A stretch of 64,000 nucleotides of DNA from Kiritimatiellia bacterium (GTDB lineage Bacteria; Verrucomicrobiota; Kiritimatiellia; RFP12; UBA1067). Below are positions 43,391 to 50,988 of the stretch, in pieces (the stretch's first letter is position 1; each line of letters opens with the position of its first letter). The position numbers and the translations under genes were made by a program. The stretch is from positions 622 through 64,621 of the forward strand of contig JAFQYM010000015.1 in assembly GCA_017406465.1 (NCBI GenBank), given 5' to 3'. The notes below the pieces were generated by a model, which saw only the letters and a program-made list of their open reading frames with translations, was not told the origin of the DNA and ran no database searches.

Positions 43391-44563
43391 ATGGCGCTTC
43401 TGAACGAGACCCCTCAGGCAAACCGCGTTCGCATCGCATTCTTCGGCCTGCGCAACGCGGGCAAGTCTACGCTCGTAAACGCCTTCACTGGCCAGGATCT
43501 CGCAATCGTCTCCGATACTCCCGGCACGACGACTGACCCTGTCTCGAAGGCGATGGAAATTCTTCCTCTCGGCCCATGCCTTATCACCGATACGGCAGGT
43601 CTCGACGACGAGGGCGAGCTTGGCGAGCTTCGCGTAAAGAAGACTCTTGGCGTTCTCGAGATTACCGACATTGCAATCTGGGTAGAGACGCCGCACGACA
43701 CCGATCGCGCCGACTTGCGCGAACTTTTCCTCGGGGAGTGCCGTCGCCGCAACGTCGTTGTGCTTGACTACAGGCGCGGCGATTCCGTCGACGAACTCAA
43801 GCGCAAAATCGCAGACATCAAGCTTGTCGACGTCGTTCCCGGTCTTCTCGACGGCCTTGTCGAAAAGGGCGACCGCGTGATCTGCGTCTGCCCGATCGAC
43901 GAGTCTGCGCCGAAAGGGCGGATCATCCTCCCGCAGGTGCAGCTGATTCGCGATTGCCTCGACCGCCACGCGACGAGCATAGTCTGCCAGCCGGCGGAAC
44001 TTGAAGAAGAGTTGAAAGTTGAAAGTGCAAAGTGTAAAGTTGAGGGTGAGGCAACGCGGCGCAAGACGCTCGTCGTTACCGACTCGCAGGCGTTTGGCGA
44101 GGTGCGGCGAGCGGTTGCGGGACGTGATGTCCGCCTGACTTCATTTTCGATTCTCTTTGCGAGGCAGAAGGGCGATCTTGCCGAGTTCCTGAAAGGCGTC
44201 GCGGCAGTCAAGAATCTCAAGGACGGCGACACTGTGCTTATAGCCGAGGGCTGCACGCACCACCGTCAGTGCAACGACATTGGCGCAGTAAAGATTCCCA
44301 AGGCGCTTGCGAAACTCTCCGGCGGGAAGAAGCTCAACTTCGTCTTTTCGTCTGGCGCGACGTTCGGGCTTTCGGACCGTTCCGGAATCGCCCTTGTCGT
44401 CCACTGCGGCGGCTGCATGCTGACGCGGCGCGAGGTCCTGCGGCGCATCGACTGCGCGAAGGAAGCTGAGGTTCCGATCGTGAACTACGGCATCCTGCTC
44501 GCCGCCGCCAGCGGTATGACCGATGTTTCCGAAAGCGGAATCGTCACTCCATCTTCTACATGA
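43391..44563 (+). CDS. hydF: [FeFe]-hydrogenase maturation GTPase HydF
   Basis: GLRNAGKSTLVNAFTG, DTPGTTTD, DTAGLDD, and the C-terminal Cys motif EGCTHHRQC...HCGGCM. Confidence 0.85.
   Translation: MALLNETPQANRVRIAFFGLRNAGKSTLVNAFTGQDLAIVSDTPGTTTDPVSKAMEILPLGPCLITDTAGLDDEGELGELRVKKTLGVLEITDIAIWVETPHDTDRADLRELFLGECRRRNVVVLDYRRGDSVDELKRKIADIKLVDVVPGLLDGLVEKGDRVICVCPIDESAPKGRIILPQVQLIRDCLDRHATSIVCQPAELEEELKVESAKCKVEGEATRRKTLVVTDSQAFGEVRRAVAGRDVRLTSFSILFARQKGDLAEFLKGVAAVKNLKDGDTVLIAEGCTHHRQCNDIGAVKIPKALAKLSGGKKLNFVFSSGATFGLSDRSGIALVVHCGGCMLTRREVLRRIDCAKEAEVPIVNYGILLAAASGMTDVSESGIVTPSST
44011..44052. repeat. in-frame 7-nt tandem repeat x6 (gttgaaa gttgaaa gtgcaaa gtgtaaa gttgagg gtgaggc)
   Basis: Read directly. 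42 nt encoding LKVESAKCKVEGEA inside hydF. Confidence 0.75.
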
Positions 44564-44608
44564 TCTACATGTTCTACACGGCTAAAATACACGATCTACA
44601 CGGCTAAA
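44555..44608. repeat. TCTACA(C/T)G 9-nt tandem units plus two copies of tctacacggctaaa
   Basis: tctaca at 44555, 44564, 44573 and 44595. tctacacggctaaa at 44573-44586 and 44595-44608. Spans the hydF stop. The same motif occurs at 57570-57602. Confidence 0.8.
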
Positions 44609-44632
44609 TAATTCCCAAACAGGAAATCTAAA

Positions 44633-45448
44633 ATGACCGATTTATCTGAAATCCTTGATAGCGTCCGCGGCAAAATCGCCGCGGCATGTGCTCGTGTCGG
44701 ACGCGACCCTAGCGAAGTCGAAATAATCGCCGTCACCAAGACCCACGGTGCGGAGGTCGTGAAAGAAGCGTGGGACGCGGGGCTTACAATCGTTGGTGAA
44801 AACAAGGTGCAGGAGGCGGCGTGGAAAAAGCCGGCGAGCGTGTCGGGGCCTTCGTGGCATCTGATTGGACATCTCCAGTCGAACAAGGTTCGCCATGCGC
44901 TTGAGATCTTCGACTTCATTCACTCCGTAGATTCGATAAAGCTTGCCGACAGGATTAACTTCATTGCCGACGAGATTGGCGCGTCACCTCATATTCTTCT
45001 TGAAGTCAACGTCTCCGGCGAGAAGTCGAAGAGCGGCATGAGGCCAGAAGAGGTTGAGCCGACTATCAAGCACATCGCCGAGTCGTGCCCGCGAATTACG
45101 CTTGAGGGGCTGATGACGATGGCTCCGTTCAGCGAGAATCCCGAAGACGCGAGGCCGTATTTCCGCAAGTTGCGCGAGATGCGCGACGATCTCGAGTCGC
45201 GGCTTGGCGTGGGGCTTCCGCGCCTTTCGATGGGCATGAGTGGCGACTACGAAGTTGCTGTTGAGGAAGGCGCGACATGGGTACGTCTTGGCACGGTGCT
45301 CTTTGGCGAGCGTCCCAAGGTCAAGCGCGTCGCGGCGTCAGAGGGCGACGATGGCACGACTCCGTGCGGCGACTCCGATACATACGCTGGCTTCGGTGGC
45401 CTTGATTCCTATTCCGGCGCCGGTCCAACTGCAAAGGTGCTGGACTGA
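44633..45448 (+). CDS. yggS: YggS-family PLP-binding protein with a C-terminal extension
   Basis: AVTKTHG (PLP Lys), HLIGHLQSNK, LSMGMSGD; about 45 extra C-terminal residues. Confidence 0.85.
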   Translation: MTDLSEILDSVRGKIAAACARVGRDPSEVEIIAVTKTHGAEVVKEAWDAGLTIVGENKVQEAAWKKPASVSGPSWHLIGHLQSNKVRHALEIFDFIHSVDSIKLADRINFIADEIGASPHILLEVNVSGEKSKSGMRPEEVEPTIKHIAESCPRITLEGLMTMAPFSENPEDARPYFRKLREMRDDLESRLGVGLPRLSMGMSGDYEVAVEEGATWVRLGTVLFGERPKVKRVAASEGDDGTTPCGDSDTYAGFGGLDSYSGAGPTAKVLD

Positions 45449-45511
45449 TCAGTGGTTTCAAAGTTTTCGGGTTAAATTGAATATGGTGAAATCTGATATT
45501 AGGACTTAATT

Positions 45512-46762
45512 ATGAATTCAGCTAAACTTCACACGCTCGCCAACGGCCTCAGGGTCGTGCTCGTGCCGTGCGAGGCCGAGAGCGCCGCGGTCGGTGTATT
45601 CGTGGCGAGCGGTTCGCGCCATGAGACTGCGAAGACCGCCGGAATATCGCACTTTATTGAGCACATGCTCTTCAAGGGAACGCCGACGAGAAAGCCCATC
45701 GACATCACTCGCGCGATAGAGGGGCGCGGCGGCAACTTCAACGCGATGACTGGCGAGGAGGCGACGTGCTACTTCGCGCATCTTCCCGACGACTATCTTG
45801 GCGAGGCTGTCGACATACTTTCCGACATGTATCTCCGTGCGACGATTCCGGCTGACGAGTTTGCCCGCGAGAAGCAGGTCGTGATTGAGGAGATCAAGAT
45901 GTACGCCGACGAGCCCGATGCCGTCGCGATGGAGAACCTGCAGCGAAACCTCTTTCCGAAGTCGATGCTCGGCTCGCCTGTCGCCGGGAGCGAAAAGTCA
46001 CTCGGGCCGATGACGCCGGGAGACCTTAAGAGCTACATAAAGTCGCACTACCGCGCCGACAATACGGTGATCGTAATCGCGGGGAGCTTCGACGCGCAAA
46101 AGGCGCTCGCGCTCGTGGAGAAATCCTTCAAGCCGCTAAAGGCGCGGCAAATGCGCCGCGCCGCCGCTCGCAGGGATTCGCTCGGCTCGGTCGTGCCGTC
46201 TGTGACTGCGAAGAAGGACATCCACCAGACGCAGCTTGCGCTCGGCTACCGCACGTTCGGCATCTGTGACCGCCGCAAATACGCGGCAACCGTGCTTGAT
46301 GCGATTCTTGGGCGCGGCATGTCCTCGCGGCTTTTCCAGGAAGTGCGCGAGAAGAGGGGGCTTAGCTACGACATCGCCTCGCGGATGCAGTTCTTCAAGG
46401 ACGCGGGCATGTTCACGGTGACGGCTGGGCTTGATGCTTCCAAGGCTAAGCTCGCGCTTTCGACAATCGAACGCGAGCTCAAGAGGGTGTGTGAAAAGAA
46501 GATTCCCGCCGCCGAGCTCGCACGCGCGAAGGAATTCCTCATCGGCAACTTCCGGCTTTCGCACGAGAGGGTTACGTCGAAGCTCTTTTTCTACGGGCAG
46601 ACAATGCTCTCGTTCGGCCGCCTCATGTCGCCGGACGAGCAGGTTGCGGGGATAAAAGCCGTCACTGCCGCCGATGTGCAAGCGGTTGCAAAGGCCATTT
46701 TCAGGTCGTGCAACAGGAGTATCAGTTGGGTCGTTCCCGGCGGAAGGGAATCCTCGAAATGA
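45512..46762 (+). CDS. M16-family (pitrilysin-like) zinc peptidase
   Basis: HFIEHMLFKGT (HxxEH zinc motif); 416 aa. Confidence 0.85.
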   Translation: MNSAKLHTLANGLRVVLVPCEAESAAVGVFVASGSRHETAKTAGISHFIEHMLFKGTPTRKPIDITRAIEGRGGNFNAMTGEEATCYFAHLPDDYLGEAVDILSDMYLRATIPADEFAREKQVVIEEIKMYADEPDAVAMENLQRNLFPKSMLGSPVAGSEKSLGPMTPGDLKSYIKSHYRADNTVIVIAGSFDAQKALALVEKSFKPLKARQMRRAAARRDSLGSVVPSVTAKKDIHQTQLALGYRTFGICDRRKYAATVLDAILGRGMSSRLFQEVREKRGLSYDIASRMQFFKDAGMFTVTAGLDASKAKLALSTIERELKRVCEKKIPAAELARAKEFLIGNFRLSHERVTSKLFFYGQTMLSFGRLMSPDEQVAGIKAVTAADVQAVAKAIFRSCNRSISWVVPGGRESSK

Positions 46763-46770
46763 GATTTTCG

Positions 46771-46850
46771 CGGATTCTTATGACGTCGGATTCTTATGAC
46801 GTCGGATTCTTGTGGCGTCGGATTCTTGTGACGTCGGATTCTTGTGACGT
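46771..46850. repeat. 5 contiguous copies of a 16-nt unit cggattctt(a/g)tg(a/g)cgt
   Basis: Units at 46771, 46787, 46803, 46819 and 46835, read directly. Confidence 0.9.
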
Positions 46851-46882
46851 CTATAAGTAGCGCATATCTATAAGTCGCCTCA

Positions 46883-46916
46883 CCCTATAAATTGCGGTGC
46901 CCTATAAATTGCGGTG
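46883..46916. repeat. 2 contiguous copies of the 17-nt unit ccctataaattgcggtg (preceded by ctataagtNgc x2 at 46851-46877)
   Basis: Read directly. The second copy overlaps the last codons and stop of the - strand gene 46902-47873. Confidence 0.85.
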
Positions 46917-47873
46917 CAGCCGTCGCTTAGGCATCTTACGCCGTTTCCTGCCGTCGCTTAGGTGCCTTGCGACTCCTTTTGTCTCGCCATCTTTGAGAAT
47001 CCTCTGCGGAAAATTCTTGAGTGGCCTCGGCTCGTCGAGCAGCACCGTCTCAGGGGAGAGGATGTGGTCTAGCTTCTTGAACACGCGGTCGAAGACAGGT
47101 TCTGGGCCTGAGAGTATCTCATCCACGACCGCGTGCCGCGGCGTCTTGTCGAGAAGTGCGGCGGTGGGGGTCGGGTCCTTCGTGCCCGTTGCCTGCCGAA
47201 GGCGTATCGCCATCGCCTTGTAGCGCATGAGCGTCTTGTACTTGGGCGAGAGCTCCGGCAGGTTCTCCTTGAGCCACCCGCGGATCCCGCCGTTGCGCCC
47301 GACAACGTCGCCAGACTCGTCGAACCTCAGGCAGTTGTCGACATAGCACTCGAGGTCGTGCAGCATCCCGCCGAGGCGGATCATCGCCTCGCGCGAGTCC
47401 TTGCGCTCGTTCCATGCGGCGAGAAGGGCGTCTGGGGTGGGCATCGGCGCTGTCGTGGTGCGGCGCGAGAGTTTGCGCCTGGCGGCTGCGAGCTCGCGGC
47501 GGCGGGCCTTCTCGCGGGCGTAGTAGAAGGGGCGGCGGACTATCCGCAGGTCGCGCATGAGCTCGCGTTTCATGCGGTCGCGCTCCCTCGGGTTCGCGAG
47601 CTTCTTCACCTCGTCGCGCATGAGGACCCCGATGTCCATCGCGATGCAGACGCCGAGGAGAAGGGGGTTGAAGGTCGAGTCGAAGTGCGTGCTGGCGTTT
47701 CGCCGTTCGAACCAGGCGTCGCCGTACGACTCACCCTCGGCGACCTCCCTCATGCGCGGGCGGTAGGAGTGGATGTCGAGGTATTTGCCAGTGTAGGTCT
47801 TCGCCTCGCTGTATGTCCAGCCGTAGTGGTAGGCGTACCAGTATGCCGAATGCTCGTATGTCTTGCGGGTCAT
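46902..47873 (-). CDS. hypothetical basic protein (323 aa), no family recognised
   Basis: Natural-looking composition compared with the Arg/Ala/Val-rich antisense ORF 47133-48068. A TGGTATAAT box lies on the - strand ~40 nt upstream. Confidence 0.6.
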   Translation of the reverse strand: MTRKTYEHSAYWYAYHYGWTYSEAKTYTGKYLDIHSYRPRMREVAEGESYGDAWFERRNASTHFDSTFNPLLLGVCIAMDIGVLMRDEVKKLANPRERDRMKRELMRDLRIVRRPFYYAREKARRRELAAARRKLSRRTTTAPMPTPDALLAAWNERKDSREAMIRLGGMLHDLECYVDNCLRFDESGDVVGRNGGIRGWLKENLPELSPKYKTLMRYKAMAIRLRQATGTKDPTPTAALLDKTPRHAVVDEILSGPEPVFDRVFKKLDHILSPETVLLDEPRPLKNFPQRILKDGETKGVARHLSDGRKRRKMPKRRLHRNL

Positions 47874-48060
47874 ATTGTGTGGTTTTGCCGCTTTCCCGGG
47901 CGGCAGAAGGTATTATACCATAAAATGAGAATTCTATGCGGAAAAATCTTAAGGGGTGTGTGTCATGGATGTGGCAGTCTGCGGGTGTGGAGATTTGGTA
48001 TAATATCTCTCAGAAAGTTTAGTTGGGGTGTAAAAACAGTGAAATGTAGGAGTGGGGATA

Positions 48061-49263
48061 ATGAATGAGTCTAAAAACAAAATGTCAGTTGCTGAAAAGT
48101 CATTTGCAGACGGAAGGGTGAACGGTACGATATTCAGCGGGGCGACGTTTGACTCGCGCCAGGTGAAACCCGGGATGCTCTTTGTTGCGCTAAAGGGCGA
48201 CAAGGCGGATGGTCACGACTATATTCCGCAGGCGCTTGAGAAGGGTGCAGCCGGAATCATCGACGGCTATGACGATCTCGACCGCGTGGCGAGGGAATAC
48301 CGTCGCTCGCTCAAGGCAAAAGTTGTCGCCATCACCGGTTCCGCAGGCAAGACCACCACGAAGGAACTCGTCAAGGCATTCCTCTCGACCGTCGGCAAGG
48401 TCCATGCGACAGAAGGGAACTTCAACAACCACATCGGGCTTCCAATCACCATCCTCAACTGCCCGAAAGACGCCGACTTTCTCGTTCTCGAAATGGGCAC
48501 GAACCATCCCGGCGAGATAGCCCACCTCTGCGATATCGCCGGACCCGACTGCTCGCTCATTACAAATGTCGGCACCGCGCACATAGAGTTCTTCGGCGAC
48601 CAGAACGGGATCGCGCGCGAGAAGGGCGTCGTCCTCGAACGTGCAAAGGAATTCGGCGTAGTCTCAAGGGAGAATGTACGACTCGGCATCCTGCGCGAAA
48701 TGTGTCGCGGCGAGTTCATTGAGGTATATCCCCGCCAGGAGTGGCTAGCGAAAGCTCTCGAAGGAGTTCTTCCTGGCGACCACAACCTCTCCAACGCGTG
48801 CCTCGCCTTCGCCCTCGCCGAGCGCTTCGGCGCCACGCGCGAAGGTTGCGCGGCAGCGCTCTCCGGTTTTTCGCTCCCAGGCGCGCGGTGGCGCATTTCC
48901 GAGAAGTGGGGCGTGACTTTCATCGACGATTCCTACAATGCGAACCCAGATTCGATGATCGCAGCTCTCGACACGCTCGTGAAGACTCCCTGCGACGGCA
49001 AGCGCGTCGCAGTTCTTGGCGACATGTTCGAGCTTGGGGATAAATCGCTCGAGCTCCACAAAAAAGTCTTCGACCATGCGATGGCTCTGAAGATACCGCT
49101 CGTGATCGGCGTCGGCGAGATGTCGTCGCAGTGTCTTTGCCACCTCGCCTACAAGGAATTAAAAACACTCAAGAAGAAGTTTCGCGTCGACGTCTCTGCC
49201 GGCGATCTCGTGCTTCTAAAGGGATCGCACGGCATGCACCTCAGCGAGCTTATCGAAGACTGA
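48061..49263 (+). CDS. murF: UDP-N-acetylmuramoyl-tripeptide--D-alanyl-D-alanine ligase
   Basis: FDSRQVKPGMLFVALKG, ITGSAGKTTTKE, DDSYNANP. Start at ATG 48061 (RBS aggag); TGGTATAAT at ~47996. Confidence 0.85.
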   Translation: MNESKNKMSVAEKSFADGRVNGTIFSGATFDSRQVKPGMLFVALKGDKADGHDYIPQALEKGAAGIIDGYDDLDRVAREYRRSLKAKVVAITGSAGKTTTKELVKAFLSTVGKVHATEGNFNNHIGLPITILNCPKDADFLVLEMGTNHPGEIAHLCDIAGPDCSLITNVGTAHIEFFGDQNGIAREKGVVLERAKEFGVVSRENVRLGILREMCRGEFIEVYPRQEWLAKALEGVLPGDHNLSNACLAFALAERFGATREGCAAALSGFSLPGARWRISEKWGVTFIDDSYNANPDSMIAALDTLVKTPCDGKRVAVLGDMFELGDKSLELHKKVFDHAMALKIPLVIGVGEMSSQCLCHLAYKELKTLKKKFRVDVSAGDLVLLKGSHGMHLSELIED

Positions 49264-49273
49264 GGTTTGACCG

Positions 49274-50002
49274 GTGGACGGCAAGGTATTCTTCGTGTCC
49301 GGCATCGATACCGGAATCGGCAAGACAATGGCAACTGGGCTCATGGCGCGTTCGCTTGCCGCGGCCGGCCGCGATGTCATTACCGTCAAGCTCGTCCAGA
49401 CGGGCAACGATGGTTTTTCAGAAGACATCGTTGCTCATCGCGCGATATGCGGCGGCGCTCGCTTCCCAGAAGACGACGAAGGGCTGACGGCTCCGCAGAT
49501 CTTCAAGTTCCCGTCGTCTCCGCTTCTCGCCGCTGCGCTCGAAGGTCGTACAGTCGATGTCGAGGCGATATCGCGCGCCGTCCGGAAATGTGCCGCGCGT
49601 CACGAAATAGTCCTTGTCGAATCCGCAGGCGGGCTCGACGTTCCGCTCACTGACGAGCTACTCTCGGTCGATCTCGCCGCTCGCGAAAAGTGGCCGCTCG
49701 TGCTCGTCTCATGCGGACGGCTTGGCTCGATCAACCATACGATTCTTTCGCTCGAAGCGGCGAAAGCGCGCGGAATGTCCGTCGCTGGCGTTGTGTGGAA
49801 CTGGTGTGCCGATTCTGATCCCAAAATCGAAGCGGACTCGCTCGAAACGATTCGCCGTTACCTTTCTCGCTTTGGATTCTCGCCTGTTGTTGTCCGCATC
49901 CCGCGCTTCGACGTTGGTGGGCCATATCCAGAGATTTCGTTGTCGGGGCTTTTTGACGCAGCTCGTGGCTTTGAGGCACTTGATTTCCACGCTAGACTTT
50001 GA
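49274..50002 (+). CDS. bioD: dethiobiotin synthase
   Basis: FFVSGIDTGIGKT P-loop and VESAGG; GTG start. Confidence 0.85.
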   Translation: MDGKVFFVSGIDTGIGKTMATGLMARSLAAAGRDVITVKLVQTGNDGFSEDIVAHRAICGGARFPEDDEGLTAPQIFKFPSSPLLAAALEGRTVDVEAISRAVRKCAARHEIVLVESAGGLDVPLTDELLSVDLAAREKWPLVLVSCGRLGSINHTILSLEAAKARGMSVAGVVWNWCADSDPKIEADSLETIRRYLSRFGFSPVVVRIPRFDVGGPYPEISLSGLFDAARGFEALDFHARL

Positions 50003-50037
50003 TAAATTTTACACAAAACCAGGAAAGGGGCAAAACC

Positions 50038-50988
50038 ATGAACATCATTGGGAAGGCAATGTCATTTGCGGTTTCACTCGCTGTCGCATCTGCCGCGTTC
50101 GGCGCAGAGCTTTCGAAAAGCGTTCCGAAGGGATGGGACGAGGACTTTGAAGCGGGAAAGGCCACGGCGGAGAAAAGCGGCAAGCTGATCCTGCTGGCGT
50201 TCTCCGGCTCGGACTGGTGCGGCTGGTGCGTCAAGATGGAAAAGGAAATCTACTCCGACAAGAAGTTCATCTCGGAGGCCAAGAAGAAATTTGTTCTTCT
50301 CATGATAGACAACCCGCAGAACAAGTCGATACTTTCACCGCTTGCCGCGAAGCAGAACAGTGAATTGACTCGCAAATACAATGTCCGCGGATTCCCGTCC
50401 ACGGTGATAGTTCGTCCTTCCGGCGAGGAAGTCAGGCGCTTTGGCGGATACCAGAGAAGTGGCGTAGACGGCTTCCTAAAGTCGCTCGACGAGGTGGCGG
50501 ATGCCGCTGGCGTCAAGGGTGTTGTCGAGATATCCGACGAGGAGGCAAAAAAGGACGACCGTTTCTTCTTCGCTCCCGCCGAAAAGGGCAAGATCGCGTC
50601 GCGCGAGTCCAAGAAGCGCAAGGCGAACGCCAAGAGCGACTTCGAGCTCGACGAGTTTGCGGGCATAAAATTTGGCAGGACCAGGGCCGATGGCGCGCCA
50701 AAACTTGAAAAGCCCTATCGTCTTCTCTCGGCAGTGTCGAAGACTTCATACGCCGGCAACAAGCTTACGAGCTTCACGCTTGCTGCAGATGCAAGCGCTA
50801 TCAAGGCAATGACGGACGAGGACCTTCAATTGGAGACCTGCAAGCTAGTGCGAGCGCTTGAAGGCGAGCTTGGCGTAGAGTTCGCGGTTACGTCGTCGAA
50901 GATCGACTTCACAGGCAAGAAGACCTCGGTTGTGGTGCATTCCAACAAGGCGTCCGGTGTGCTGTCGGTTCAGTTCTCGCGGAAATGA
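50038..50988 (+). CDS. secreted thioredoxin-like protein (paralogue of the N-domain of 6406-9597) with an unknown C-domain
   Basis: Signal peptide MNIIGKAMSFAVSLAVASAAFG. LAFSGSDWCGWCVKMEKEIY...FVLLMIDNP...VRGFPSTVIV aligns with 6406-9597 residues ~25-130. Confidence 0.75.
   Translation: MNIIGKAMSFAVSLAVASAAFGAELSKSVPKGWDEDFEAGKATAEKSGKLILLAFSGSDWCGWCVKMEKEIYSDKKFISEAKKKFVLLMIDNPQNKSILSPLAAKQNSELTRKYNVRGFPSTVIVRPSGEEVRRFGGYQRSGVDGFLKSLDEVADAAGVKGVVEISDEEAKKDDRFFFAPAEKGKIASRESKKRKANAKSDFELDEFAGIKFGRTRADGAPKLEKPYRLLSAVSKTSYAGNKLTSFTLAADASAIKAMTDEDLQLETCKLVRALEGELGVEFAVTSSKIDFTGKKTSVVVHSNKASGVLSVQFSRK

Noticed and set aside
46771-46916. A CRISPR array.
   Set aside because: The repeats are contiguous 16-17-nt units with no spacers. 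They are far shorter than CRISPR repeats, and no cas genes are present in the window.
47133-48068. The 311-aa + strand ORF overlapping the orphan gene and the murF upstream region.
   Set aside because: It has the Arg/Ala/Val/Gly-rich composition typical of an antisense frame. It runs through the divergent promoter region. The - strand frame has a promoter, a natural composition and a defined stop.
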